From: Lepidodermella squamata
Taxonomy: Eukaryota; Animalia; Gastrotricha
NCBI GenBank assembly: GCA_047495785.1
Contig: JBLDXI010000042.1
Coordinates: 372,001 to 436,000 of the forward strand
Direction of reading: 5' to 3'
DNA: 64,000 bases
Shown here: one piece after another, positions 10,710 to 21,549 of the stretch
Layout: each line of letters opens with the position of its first letter
How positions within the stretch are numbered: the first letter of the stretch is position 1
Program-made: the position numbers and the translations under genes
The notes under the pieces: model-generated
Databases searched by the model: none
What the model saw: the letters and a program-made list of their open reading frames with translations, nothing else
Told to the model about the DNA's origin: nothing

Positions 10710-12462
10710 TCAAAGTTCGTCATCAGCTGCGTTGCAATCTCGACGCTGGTAACCGTCCGGGCAGTCGCATAGCTTGTAAACACATCTTTTCGCCACTTTG
10801 CAATCACAGATTGCTATAGAAATGAATATTTCATTAAAAGATGAGATGGTAGTCTCAGGGACTCCTTACCTCGCGTACAATTAGGGCCCGTTTTCCATTT
10901 GTTAAAACACGTGCACGTATCAGGGCCAGTACAATAAGCATATTTCGAGCAAATTGTGTTACCGCAAATTTCTGAGTGTAAAAAAGTTATCCATGACTTT
11001 GAAACCTCCGCTGGGAAACTAACGATTAGTGCAGAACTGGCCGGTCCAGCCTGGTTTGCAAAGGCATTTATTACTGCCCAAGCAAATGCCCTTATGAGCG
11101 CAGCTTGGGTCGCAAATTGGTTTCGGGGCAGTTCCAAAATCGACATTCGAGCCTGAAGCAAATCGTGGTCTCACGACGTTTCTAGCATTAATTCGAGACT
11201 TACTTAACGGGTAGAACCTCAGATCGGTTAGCTGGATAGAAGCAGTATAGCCATAGTTATATCCAATAATCCCAATCACGGGCGGTTGAACAGTCGTTTC
11301 CTTGAATGGTAGGAATTTTGGCAGAACCAGGCCGCTGAAAATTGCCTTACAGGCGTAGAAACTGCATATGTCCATCGAAAGAATTGAACCGTTACGAATG
11401 ACCAGGCCAACGTGGTGCCTAGCCATAATCCACGCGCCATTTACCGGAGAACTAGGACTAGTGTTTACTGGGAAAAAAAAACTTTTCTACTCGGAATTTA
11501 TCAGCAACACAGCAAGCTACGTGAAAAATTAGCGGATATACTGACAGGCGAGCTGATTATAGTGCTAACATTGACATTGTACCACAGCGAAACTCGGGCG
11601 TATAAACCTATGAAATTTGGCACTGTTTCGTAAACAGCGATTGGGTAGGTTGCCGTTGACGAATTTGAAGTGATCACAAAGGCATAGCCATCGAAGCCAC
11701 CACCAGAGCCGTAGATCGTGAAATTTACTGAGAAGTCAGTGAACGGCATGGTCTAAAACATTAACATTATAATTTTTCATCTCCTTTTTCATGCTCACTC
11801 TCGTATTCCAGAAAGCGGTTTGTGTAACTGATTCATTCCTAGTAAGGTAAACCGGGGCAGTTCCAGTGTTGCTCAGAACTTTATTGCTTCTTAACCACCA
11901 ATTTTCAGCTAGAAAAACATCAATGAGAATATGGCAAACATGCAGAGATCTGCTCACTATAACTTGTTCCATCAATGACCGAATATTCTTGCAGATAGCT
12001 GGAAGGGTCCGAGAGCGGGACGCCTGTCACTATTACGCGAGGTTTTCGTCGATTAAATAGACTTCGCGAGATACAGGAACTTACTTAGCGAGCAGTCAGA
12101 CCCAGTGAATCGGGCCAGGCATGAACAAACGTTTGGAGCAGTGCAGGCACCGCCTCGGGTCTGGCATGGTGGCGAGCAGATGGCTAGAAGAAAATTATAA
12201 GTCCATAAAAGAAATTCAACTCGAAATTTAAACCTGCTGTACAGTTTGATCCGGTCCAGCCCGGAACGCAGCTACAAACTCCGGGGGCAGTTAATGTTCC
12301 CCCGTTAGAACACGCTAGTTAAGGAGATTCACATGACTATCGACAGAGAGCTGGAGAAAATCGCTTACTTATCCCGAATGTCTGTCCGACAAGAATGCAC
12401 AATACAAAGTTTTGAATAAGGAAAATTCTCAGGATGAATCTTCCACAAAAAGTATGCATCAT
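10710..12462 (-). CDS. Multi-exon EGF-repeat + L-type (legume-like) lectin domain protein with C-terminal DDEL
   Basis: Signal-peptide exon; EGF exons (CSNGGTLTAPGVCSCVPGWTGSNC; ICSPPCQTRGGACTAPNVCSCLARFTGSDC); lectin-like VYLT...FSVNFTI...DGYAFVI; three more EGF-like repeats; last exon ends RDCNAADDEL*. Most junctions were traced to phase-compatible GT-AG introns. Confidence 0.72.
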
Positions 12463-13299
12463 TTGTAGAAAAATAACTTTGCTTTGTGTTTTGGTTTTGT
12501 AGTTTTGAATATATGTGGTTCTATGACATTGTTCCATCGTATATAATCGATTGGCTACCAGAGGAATATTCATCAGTCTTTTAGATCTACGTATTTCACA
12601 CTCTGTTTCTCAATCAATTTTTTAGAATCCAAATGATTTTCGATCAACTGAAAGAATTCGAGTTGTCACTCAAATTCATCGATTGATTTGGATGAATTTT
12701 TAGGCTCATCAAATCTGCCAGGTCTCAACAGGAATTTCAGCATCCCTCGATGTAATGAGTTCATTCAGCCTCAAAAGCTTCGAAGCAGGTCTAAATCAGC
12801 AGGGCAAATCATTTTCAAATCCAATCAAAGTTACAAGCCTGAGCATTACTGGGGACATCGTGAACTGATTGCCGACGCTCAATCCTTTTTGAACTATTTG
12901 AGTTATATTATGATTTGAACTAACCACAGCACAAACGTGCTATGTGATCAAAGGCTAAATCTCACTCAACCTGCGTCATCCCACTCGTAACTTCATAGGG
13001 GACATACGATGTACTAATTTGCGCAAAACAGAGTTTATGGTATTATTTTTCCGGCTGTCGGGGAAGAAAGTAGCATGATATATTAGAAATGTTGCGACCA
13101 TGCGATCAAAAGAACTGCGCAATCATAATATGTTTATGAAGTATTTTAGGCGAATCTCCGAGTCCCCAGACCAACACAGTGTATTTATTTGTTACGCAAC
13201 AAGGCGAGAACAGGTGGGGCTGGGGCCAAGTCATTTCATCTCTTTTAAATGCGAGAGGAAATTTGAATTCATAATTGACACATGAATGTGAATGAATGT

Positions 13300-13519
13300 C
13301 GGGAAAATCTTACGCCGGTACCAAATTTCATTTAATTCAATACTTAACCATTTTATTCGTTTTTCAACTGGTTAGGGTTGGGGTTAGGTTAGGGTTAGGG
13401 TTAGGGTTAGGGTTAGGGTTGGGTTAGGGTTGGGTTAGGGTTAGGAACTGTTTGGAATAATTTGGTACGAAATTCAATGATGTTTGGTACTGAATTCAAT
13501 AATTTGGTAATGATTTCAC
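13300..13519 (+). repeat. Dispersed element with internal (TTAGGG)n array, copy 1
   Basis: TTAGGG array at ~13371-13445; both flanks match 30667-30812 on the opposite strand. Confidence 0.8.
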
Positions 13520-13521
13520 TA

Positions 13522-13650
13522 TATTAAGTATAACGCCTTAGATCTGGTTTTAGACAGCAGGCGGATTTTAGGGCGCTAGGCCGAAGGCCGTTGCGCCCTA
13601 AAATCCGCCAGCTGGATGAAACTGGATCTCAGGCGTTGTACTTTTTAATA
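13522..13650. repeat. Foldback palindrome with central GGCCGAAGGCC hairpin
   Basis: ggcggattttagggcgc / gcgccctaaaatccgcc perfect arms; outer arms aagtataacgccttagatctggttt / aaactggatctcaggcgttgtactt. Confidence 0.85.
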
Positions 13651-14564
13651 CGTGTCTGAAATAAAATCCGCTGAGCAGGACAGATCAATTTCAACGATTG
13701 TTTTTTTGGACGTGTCCAAGAAACGGCTCTCCCAAAATGACACCGGCTTATCTAAAAAGTGGTCACCGTCGATTGTTTCCATGTTTTCAATCACCGTGTC
13801 CAAGTGGTCCGATTAAGACACGGTTAAGCAGGCGGCATGTCGGTCTAGTGATAATGAAAAGCCCGCGCTTGGCTTTTTACTAGTCATCTCATTTGGCTTT
13901 TATTAATTTTGAATGCTACTAGCTATTTTTCTCACATTTTGGCATTCAGATTTCGTTAATCATCGAGCTTTGTCACGTCATTCAAAGTGACCAAGACGTG
14001 CAACTAGAGTAAGTTTGACTCTTTTCAAGCGTTCCCAGCAAAATCGATAGGCCTTATTTTGCTCAATTCAATCATTTCTTACTTTCGCAATATGATTGGC
14101 CTGATTTCAACAATTTTGAGAAATTTATCAGCCTTATTTTGCGCCGGTAAATTTTGATTTATTGATTATTATCGATTTTTTGAAATTCTGCGGCACTCAT
14201 TGTAGCTGCATTGAGGGCTATGAGCTAATTTTTTTCATGGGCTGATTCTCTTACCCTATTGATTTGATTCTTGGTTTGTCAAAATTCCTCTTCGCGCGAA
14301 AATAATTGTCCAAACCCCACTTTTCATTTGTCACTATAATCGAGCCAGCTGCTTCTTGTCGTAACATCTCGGTAAAAAAAACTTTTTCTCGAGATGTTTT
14401 TGGCGTGTCCGACACAATGATGGATTAATTTCAGGTAGGCAGATTTTTGAAGTCAGGAAGGCAGGACATCAAAAAATCGGCCTGCCTGAAATTAATCCAT
14501 CATTGAGCAGGACGCACTGTCTGAAATTGGAGCGAAGGCGGATTTTATTTCAGACATGTATTAA
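13646..14564. mobile_element. MITE-like element with ~27-bp TIRs and an internal hairpin (14403-14517)
   Basis: ttaatacgtgtctgaaataaaatccgc / gcggattttatttcagacatgtattaa; internal IR caatgatggattaatttcagg / cctgaaattaatccatcattg. Confidence 0.75.
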
Positions 14565-15005
14565 ATCCCATGAACGTCCTAAAAGTTGAATCTTAACTTT
14601 CGCTATTGAGCCTTCAAAGATGAGGGAGCGTAGCATGGCTAATCCGTCTAGCTGATAACCGCGAACGTGATACAGCGAAAATCGGATCTCTTGCAGCCCT
14701 CACCTGCAAGAAGCTCCGAGTCTTCAAAAGTCGATAGTATTTGGGTACGGTCAAGCCAATTATCACGTTTGCATTGGCTCGTCTTAATTTGGTTCATAGA
14801 CGTATCGCAGTTTGCAGTTACGGAGTCAGACGTCCAAAATGTTAGAATTTCGTGTTTGCGTAGTGAAGGTATGTCATTATTCTTCATAACACTAACGAGG
14901 ATAATTGGGAGGATCATAGAGCAGTATAAAAGTCGAGTTTTTCAGTACCTCAAATGAAAGCTTCGCTACAGCCGTCTGTACTCGGAAAACTTCGATATTC
15001 GAGAA

Positions 15006-17381
15006 ATGAATATTATCATCGTCACGCTTTCACTATTTTCTTATTTTCTCTTTGCTGCGGCTGTTGAGAACGTTACAGAGCCCGTTACTTTGAAACTATT
15101 GATGATGTACGCGATGACTGGGGCCTTCATCAAATTTGAGGACGTCCCAGCTACGGCACAACTCGTCGCAAAGCTGATCAACAATCGGAGTGATATTTTG
15201 CCTGGATACAAGCTCGAAATCGAAATCGGAGACGAATCAGTCAACTCGGGTAGATCCGTCCTAGCTGCGGTTAATTTCTCGCGATCTATGGAGAAAAACG
15301 ACAAAATTATTCCGTCGCCCATCGTCATTGGGGCTAGCGTTACAGCTGCTTGCAATGCCCTCGGATCAACCCTATCTTACTTCGACTACGTCGCACTTTC
15401 AACAGGCTGCGTTGCTGATATAACAAGTAACAAAAGTCGATTTCCGAACCTATTTCTATCAACCGGCGTTTCGTCCACCAAAAACTACGGCATTGTTAGA
15501 TTTTTTCAAGAAATCGGGAAATGGAACAGATTTGCCCTCCTTGTCTTTGCACAGGCATCAAGTGAGGTCTTTGAAGGAACCATCCACTTCAAAACTACAG
15601 CGATAAGTCTAGGCATGGAGGTCTCGTGGTTCAACGTTGTTCTCAGCTTCGATCTTGAGACAGCCTGGTCTTTGAAGAACAGCGGCTCAAGGATAATCTA
15701 CATCGTAGCTAATAGCAAAAGCTTCATGGTCATGTTCTACTGTTATACTTACATGGTCGGCATGACTGGGAAAAGGTTCGTGTTTTTCACTGGGGACAAT
15801 AACTTCCCAGACCCAGCATTCATACCTGAATCCACCTTACCTGAGGGTTGTAGTAGAGCTGCACTTTACGAGCAGATCAAATCATCATTCTGGACAGGAA
15901 TTCTCGATGGGTCTCAAGTCCCACAGGCCAAATCATACCTTGGTTTGAATCAGTCCCAATTCGACGAGTTGCTGTTCGATTTCAAGAAATCTCGCACGAA
16001 AGGCCAGGATTTCGACTTCAGGTTCTTGGTTCATGACGTGACGTCAATCGCAGCTCTTGCCCTCAACTCAGCCGATCAAATTCTATCAAAGCAAAACATG
16101 TCACTGAGAGATTTTAAATCGAAACCGAACTATGTCTCAACAGCGATAAAACAAGCTTTTCGAACACTCGACTTTTCAGGGTTAAGAAATTCCAGGATAA
16201 GGTACGATGAGAACGGATCGTTCTACGGCATGTTGATCAACATCGATTATTGGACACCGAAAACTGGCTTCCAGAAGGTAATTGCAATGGACCATGACGG
16301 CAATGTGTCAGATTCGAAAAGTTACTCAGTGAAGCAAATCGTCAAGAATTTCCCTTGGCTGACTACTGATGGCAAACCTCCGAGAGATCGGGAGAATCAC
16401 GTAAAAATTCTCCACAAAAATCACTTCGATTCAGAAAAAACGATTTGGATGATGTGTATCGTCGCCACTCTACTCCAAATTTTCGGATTAGCCTTGACTA
16501 TGCGAGTTCATTCAATCAATCAAAGTTTCGAACTGACCCAGCCCAATGTGAAGTGTCTCGGAGTTTTCGGTTGCCTGCTGTTGAATTTCGGATCTTTTCT
16601 ATGTGTAACTGAGACAGGCGAAACTTTCCCACCGTTGATTGTCGCAACTTTCGGATTAGGAATAACTTTCATCACATGGGCAAGTGGAGTAAGGATTGTC
16701 ATTGTTGAACTAGCCATTCACTCGAAACTTCGAGGCGTAAGCTCTCGCATAACTTTCCACATGTTCAGAACTAGGAAGCAAAAGGCGAAAAAATTGAATG
16801 AAGGCCAAGTTGCAATTTTGAGCGTACTTACCACCAAGATAAAGCAAGAAATCATCGCGGCAGGGCGACTGAGCTTCAAACTCCTGCCAATTTTCGTGAT
16901 AACTCAAATCGCGTTTCTAGCTGCATGGCTTGTGATAGCTCCATTCAATTGCAAGGTGAAGCAATTTTCACGTGAAGAATATAACGAAGAAACTGATAAA
17001 AGAATCGACCATGACGTTATCGACTGCATTTCTGAAGATCACATTGCTTGGGCGATCTCGATTCTCATCTTCCATGCAATTCTCCTTATTTCCTTAGGAT
17101 TCCTCGCGATTCTTCTCCGGTCATCGGGGAGAAATCAACTATGCCCCGAGTTTAATCACAATGCTTTACTGATAATGCTAGGACTGGCGATTTATTTCAT
17201 TTCAATATTCGCGTTACTTATCATGAATAACCCATTGATGCGGCTTGAGGTTGTAGCAGCTCTCAGCTTGGTGTATTCAGGATTGGCGAGTGCGATTTGG
17301 ATCGAGCCAACTATTGTTCAGATTCAGATGAGCAAAGTCCATGCATTAGAAAAATGGAAACTTGGACATTATCATAAATGA
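15006..17381 (+). CDS. Class C GPCR, GABA-B-like, close paralog of 5654-7990
   Basis: Near-identical VFT domain to 5654-7990, 7TM region, TATAAAA at ~14925. Confidence 0.88.
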   Translation: MNIIIVTLSLFSYFLFAAAVENVTEPVTLKLLMMYAMTGAFIKFEDVPATAQLVAKLINNRSDILPGYKLEIEIGDESVNSGRSVLAAVNFSRSMEKNDKIIPSPIVIGASVTAACNALGSTLSYFDYVALSTGCVADITSNKSRFPNLFLSTGVSSTKNYGIVRFFQEIGKWNRFALLVFAQASSEVFEGTIHFKTTAISLGMEVSWFNVVLSFDLETAWSLKNSGSRIIYIVANSKSFMVMFYCYTYMVGMTGKRFVFFTGDNNFPDPAFIPESTLPEGCSRAALYEQIKSSFWTGILDGSQVPQAKSYLGLNQSQFDELLFDFKKSRTKGQDFDFRFLVHDVTSIAALALNSADQILSKQNMSLRDFKSKPNYVSTAIKQAFRTLDFSGLRNSRIRYDENGSFYGMLINIDYWTPKTGFQKVIAMDHDGNVSDSKSYSVKQIVKNFPWLTTDGKPPRDRENHVKILHKNHFDSEKTIWMMCIVATLLQIFGLALTMRVHSINQSFELTQPNVKCLGVFGCLLLNFGSFLCVTETGETFPPLIVATFGLGITFITWASGVRIVIVELAIHSKLRGVSSRITFHMFRTRKQKAKKLNEGQVAILSVLTTKIKQEIIAAGRLSFKLLPIFVITQIAFLAAWLVIAPFNCKVKQFSREEYNEETDKRIDHDVIDCISEDHIAWAISILIFHAILLISLGFLAILLRSSGRNQLCPEFNHNALLIMLGLAIYFISIFALLIMNNPLMRLEVVAALSLVYSGLASAIWIEPTIVQIQMSKVHALEKWKLGHYHK

Positions 17382-17855
17382 AAAACATATCCGACATTTT
17401 GCATGTTTTCATTGGATAAATAAACCATGGTAGTTTCAAAAATCGAATCTGCTTGAAACAATTGAACTTTAAATCGTTCAAACTTCGATGGATCATCTTT
17501 CTTTTATGTTACCCGCCAGCTTTAAATTTTGCAAATTTGTCTCTTGAAAGACAGTTTCTCAGCCAAATATTTCTTATCGCGTTAATTGGAGAGGGAATCA
17601 AGCGTAGGAGCTATCATGTTTCCAATTATTTCGGCGTCCTTAGGTTGCTGCTTGAAACGGACTGGTTTGATTCAGTAGGCTGTCAGTGAGGAAGGCAAAA
17701 AACGAAAAAAAATCATTTCAAGGCTATCTAGGAAACCAGCATACGATTGAAAAAAAGTTGTTGAAAATTTCCACAAAGGATTCTGCTTGAATGACCATTA
17801 ATTTGATGAAATTAGCTCGAGGCGTAATCGGTCAACATAATGCTTAGATTATGGC

Positions 17856-17889
17856 CATAGAGAACGTAGTGATCACTACGTTCTCTATG
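17856..17889. mobile_element. 34-bp perfect palindrome with 8-bp target-site duplication (minimal TIR-only element)
   Basis: catagagaacgtagtga|tcactacgttctctatg flanked by attatggc at 17848-17855 and 17890-17897. Confidence 0.8.
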
Positions 17890-18143
17890 ATTATGGCATA
17901 TGTTCTTCCACGAAGCTTTTTAGGCTTAGAATTTACTAAACGAAAAGCTTTTTTTCTGAATGTGAATATTCAGTGAGTACTAACATGCCAAGTTTTTTTA
18001 TATATAAGTGCTCATAGCGTAAATGGGCTGTCAGTATACATGATATGTATGAGAAAATCGCCAGCTGAAAAAACTTGTTTCGTGCACACGCTAATACATG
18101 AATGAAGCTTCATAGGTAAAAAACGCCGGCAGCTCGATGTAAA

Positions 18144-18216
18144 GCCCGGTTAGCTCAGTCGGTAGAGCATGGGACTCTTAATCCCAGGGTCGTGGGTTCG
18201 AGCCCCACATCGGGCG
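18144..18216 (+). tRNA. tRNA-Lys(CTT)
   Basis: 73-nt canonical eukaryotic tRNA-Lys sequence gcccggttagctcagtcggtagagcatgggactCTTaatcccagggtcgtgggttcgagccccacatcgggcg; A/B boxes; T-run terminator at ~18223-18228; no encoded CCA. Confidence 0.97.
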
Positions 18217-18359
18217 AATCTCTTTTTTCAATATTTTATGAATTTTCCTGAAAAGCATCCCCAGATCTAGCATGATACATTTTTAAATTCTGCGAATTTA
18301 TAATATAATAGCTATTTTTCAAGTCGAAAAACTGAAGAAAGAAAGAGAGCAGGAGAAAA

Positions 18360-18513
18360 CAGGGCTCGAAGTACGGGCGGAATGAGGGGTATCGTACCCC
18401 CAGATCGGCGGGCCAAAGCGGAAAAACCCCCATAAAACAACATGGGGAACCTTCGTTCATAAAATTATTGCTCAAAAATAACCCCTAGTTAGAGGATCCT
18501 ACTTCGCGCACTG
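18360..18513 (+). mobile_element. ~155-bp hAT-like MITE, family A
   Basis: TIR cagggctcgaagta / tacttcgcgcactg; degenerate 8-bp TSD ggagaaaa/ggggaaac; homologous to other copies in the window. Confidence 0.8.
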
Positions 18514-18792
18514 GGGGAAACTGTTTTTTTCATGACTTCCTTAAAATTCAAAATAAAAAAAATGATTTCTTAAATGTTCAATTCAACCATTACAAATCTT
18601 GCAAATATCACTGCCTTCAAAGTTACAACAGTGGAATTTCTGGAATTTTTTTACCATCTTGTCTTTGTAGGGTATGATCCTCTATAGCACGCTTTCATAG
18701 GCTGACACAACTTTCAGAAAGTTCGTACAAAGGATCAGCGGCGTGGTCTATTGACGAGGTGACGCATAGATCGGGCACTTGCAGTCATTATG

Positions 18793-20215
18793 TATTTATT
18801 TATTTATTTATTTATTCGTTATCGCAAGTGCACTTGTCATGCGTATGCAATTAGCCAGCCAGGCGCCTCACTGAGGATAAAAGATATTTCTCTAGGTTAC
18901 AGTCAACATTAAGATATTGTTTAAAAACATTTAAAGAGGCAGAAACGACGTCAGCAGGTAGTTTGTTCCAATAATTAATTGTTCTTCTGTTAAAAAAATA
19001 TTTTTTGCAATCGCGTTTACACTTAGAAGGTCTTAGCCGGTGTTTGCTAGCGTAATTTGATTTAGAAAATTCATAGAAGTCGTCAAAAGTGACATCATAG
19101 AAGTGGTGATATAGCTTATAAGTTAATTTCAAATCATTTTTAAAGCGACGCTTTTCCAAGGAGTCCATTCCACTACGTTTCAATAAACAGTCATACGTAA
19201 TATGGGAGTAGCGAGGTATATTAAAGGCTCTTTTGAGAAAATTAAATTGTAATTTTTCTAGTGATTCTATGACAGTTAGCAAGTATGGCGAATATACGGA
19301 TGAACAGTAATCGATTATAGGAAGGACATACACACGGTAGGCTTCAAGTCTGAAGGAAGTATTAGTAAAGGCTCTACAAATCAATCCACATAGTCTAAGA
19401 CATTTTGTTTTAAGGTTATCGCAGTGAATTCTGAAGTCTAATTTTTTGTCCACAATTATACCTAAATCACGAGTAAAATCAACAACGTCAATCTCTTGCG
19501 TACCGATACGATAGTTAAAATCGAATTTACAGTTTAAACGTAAAACACAACATTTAGACGAGTTAATAGAGAGACCATGTTGTTCAAACCACCTACAAAT
19601 GTTATTTAAATCTTCCTGTAGTTTTTCACAGTCATCTTGAGATTCAATAATTTTAAATAATTTCGTGTCGTCGGCAAAGTATTTGGCCAGAGAATAAGAA
19701 AGGCATTCATCAACAAAAATTAAAAAAATTAAAAATAACAAAGGCCCCAGCACTGATCCCTGTGGGACACCAGATGGCAAGGGACACCAAGTAGAAAAAT
19801 TAGAACGAACTCTGACACGAAAATACCGATCAGAAAGATAAGATCGAAGCCAAGAGGATAGTTTTCCACAAATATTGATCTCCTCAAGTTTATCTAAAAG
19901 TAATTTAATAGGTACAGTATCAAAAGCCTTTGAAAGATCAAGGTACAAAATATCAACACTCTTGCCCAAATCGACCGCATTAATCCAAGTATTTAAACAA
20001 TTTAGAAGTTGAAGCTGACAAGAGCGTTTAGGTAAAAAACCGTATTGATTCTCAGGTATCAAGTTGTTTCTCTTTAGATAATTTAAAATTGATTCTTTAA
20101 TAATTTTCTCTTGAATTTTGCATAAAATACACGTAAGACTGATTGGTCTATAGTTAGAAGGAGCAGCGCGATCACCCCCTCTTGACATTTGGGAGTGACA
20201 TTTGCGCATTTCCAA
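18793..20215 (-). mobile_element. 5'-truncated non-LTR retrotransposon (CR1/L2-like LINE ORF2, reverse transcriptase)
   Basis: NYRPISLT, QYGF, LDLSKAFD, GVPQGSVLGPLLF, FADD, DLGIIVD and C-terminal FF..R.IN.WN.LP; 3' (TAAA)n tail at ~18793-18815; no endonuclease domain; AT-rich. Confidence 0.93.
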
Positions 20216-20442
20216 ACTATGGGTAGTTCACCCAGTTATGTAGCAGTTAGACGGTAACATGAATACACCTTTTAGCAGAAAATTCTATTCATCTGCTGTG
20301 GCAAGCCAGTGGGATTGAGAAAATTATTCATTTTTTTTACAAAAATCTGACTCAATTTGAATTTTTTTCAATACACCTAACGAATCGATTCTGCTGAAAA
20401 TGAATCAATATGCAGACTATAAGCTGCTGATCCCGCATTGTA

Positions 20443-21513
20443 ATGTCATCATCTAAATTTGTTAATTTCATTGTTGAAATGTTTACACTTCTTCTCAACA
20501 GATTTAACCAGCAGGTCGCGCGGCAATGTCGACACATCAGCCGGTTGCGCACCGTCGGTTTTGTGGATGAAATAATCATCAAAAATCCACAAGGGCTAAG
20601 GTCAATGGTCATGAAAATCGCCGATCCGAAATCGGTCGAACGTTTCGCTTCGAATCCTGCGACGTACCACCGCGAAATCGAGCGATTGAAGGACGACTGC
20701 GCCGCAGCAATCAGCCAGCACGCTGACGTGAAGCGGCTCAAACTTGCTAAAGCCGGCTATCTCGAGCCTAAGGCGCAAATATTCCACATCAAAAACATGC
20801 CATTTCGCGGATCAAACGAGGCAGCTTACGCGAAATTTATTCAATTCGGCATAGCTGGACTGATGAAAATGAACCCATTCGTAGATAGGGCGGAGCATTC
20901 CGGAGACCTTGCGCCGTCTGTATTCCACGAGATCAAACCAGTTCCGGGTAAAGAGCAAACAGTGACAGCTCTAAGCTCAGACAGACCGCTGGAACTGCAC
21001 ATCGACAACGGTTTCAGTGAAGATCGACCTGACTATCTGTCGTTATATTGCTTACAGGGGGATCAAAACGCAAGGACTCTATTCTACTCGGTTGAAAAAT
21101 TGCTGGAATTGGCCCCGGTTGAGCTACGCAAACGTATGGAGGAAATTGGCTACGAACCTGAGTTCAAGCATGAACCCCCTGAAAGCCACAAAGGCATGGG
21201 AAAAGCTGTTATCGCGCCGCTTTTCTACCGACTCCACGATAATTCCCTGGCTATTCGGCCGACTTTCACAGCCGGCCACGGAATAACTGAACGATCTCGG
21301 CAATTATTGTGTGACATGAAAACTTGGTTCAATTCGGAGGAAGGCAGACCGAGTGGGATTAGTTTAGCGGATGGTGAAATGGTGATTTTCTCCAACGCAA
21401 CAGTTATGCACGGCCGCTCAGCTTTCAAAGCGAAGTATAACTGCGCCCAAACTCGCCATCTTGTTAGGATGTTTCTGAGCAGAACTGCGAAACAGGCCGA
21501 AATCCGCGATTGA
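20443..21513 (+). CDS. TauD/TfdA, clavaminate-synthase-like Fe(II)/2-oxoglutarate dioxygenase (true start uncertain)
   Basis: LELHIDNGF (HxD), PDYLSLYCL, GEMVIFSN..VMHGRSAF (distal His) and RHLVRMF (2OG-binding Arg). Confidence 0.88.
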   Translation: MSSSKFVNFIVEMFTLLLNRFNQQVARQCRHISRLRTVGFVDEIIIKNPQGLRSMVMKIADPKSVERFASNPATYHREIERLKDDCAAAISQHADVKRLKLAKAGYLEPKAQIFHIKNMPFRGSNEAAYAKFIQFGIAGLMKMNPFVDRAEHSGDLAPSVFHEIKPVPGKEQTVTALSSDRPLELHIDNGFSEDRPDYLSLYCLQGDQNARTLFYSVEKLLELAPVELRKRMEEIGYEPEFKHEPPESHKGMGKAVIAPLFYRLHDNSLAIRPTFTAGHGITERSRQLLCDMKTWFNSEEGRPSGISLADGEMVIFSNATVMHGRSAFKAKYNCAQTRHLVRMFLSRTAKQAEIRD

Positions 21514-21549
21514 TTGCGTTTTTCTAAATTTTATGACATTTTTTTCCTG

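Noticed and set aside
13371-13445. True telomere or chromosome end
   Set aside because: The array is only ~75 bp, internal, and embedded in a dispersed repeat with genes on both sides.
18851-20215. Reverse transcriptase as a retron, telomerase or domesticated gene
   Set aside because: Motifs, 5' truncation and the (TAAA)n tail are those of an ordinary LINE insertion.
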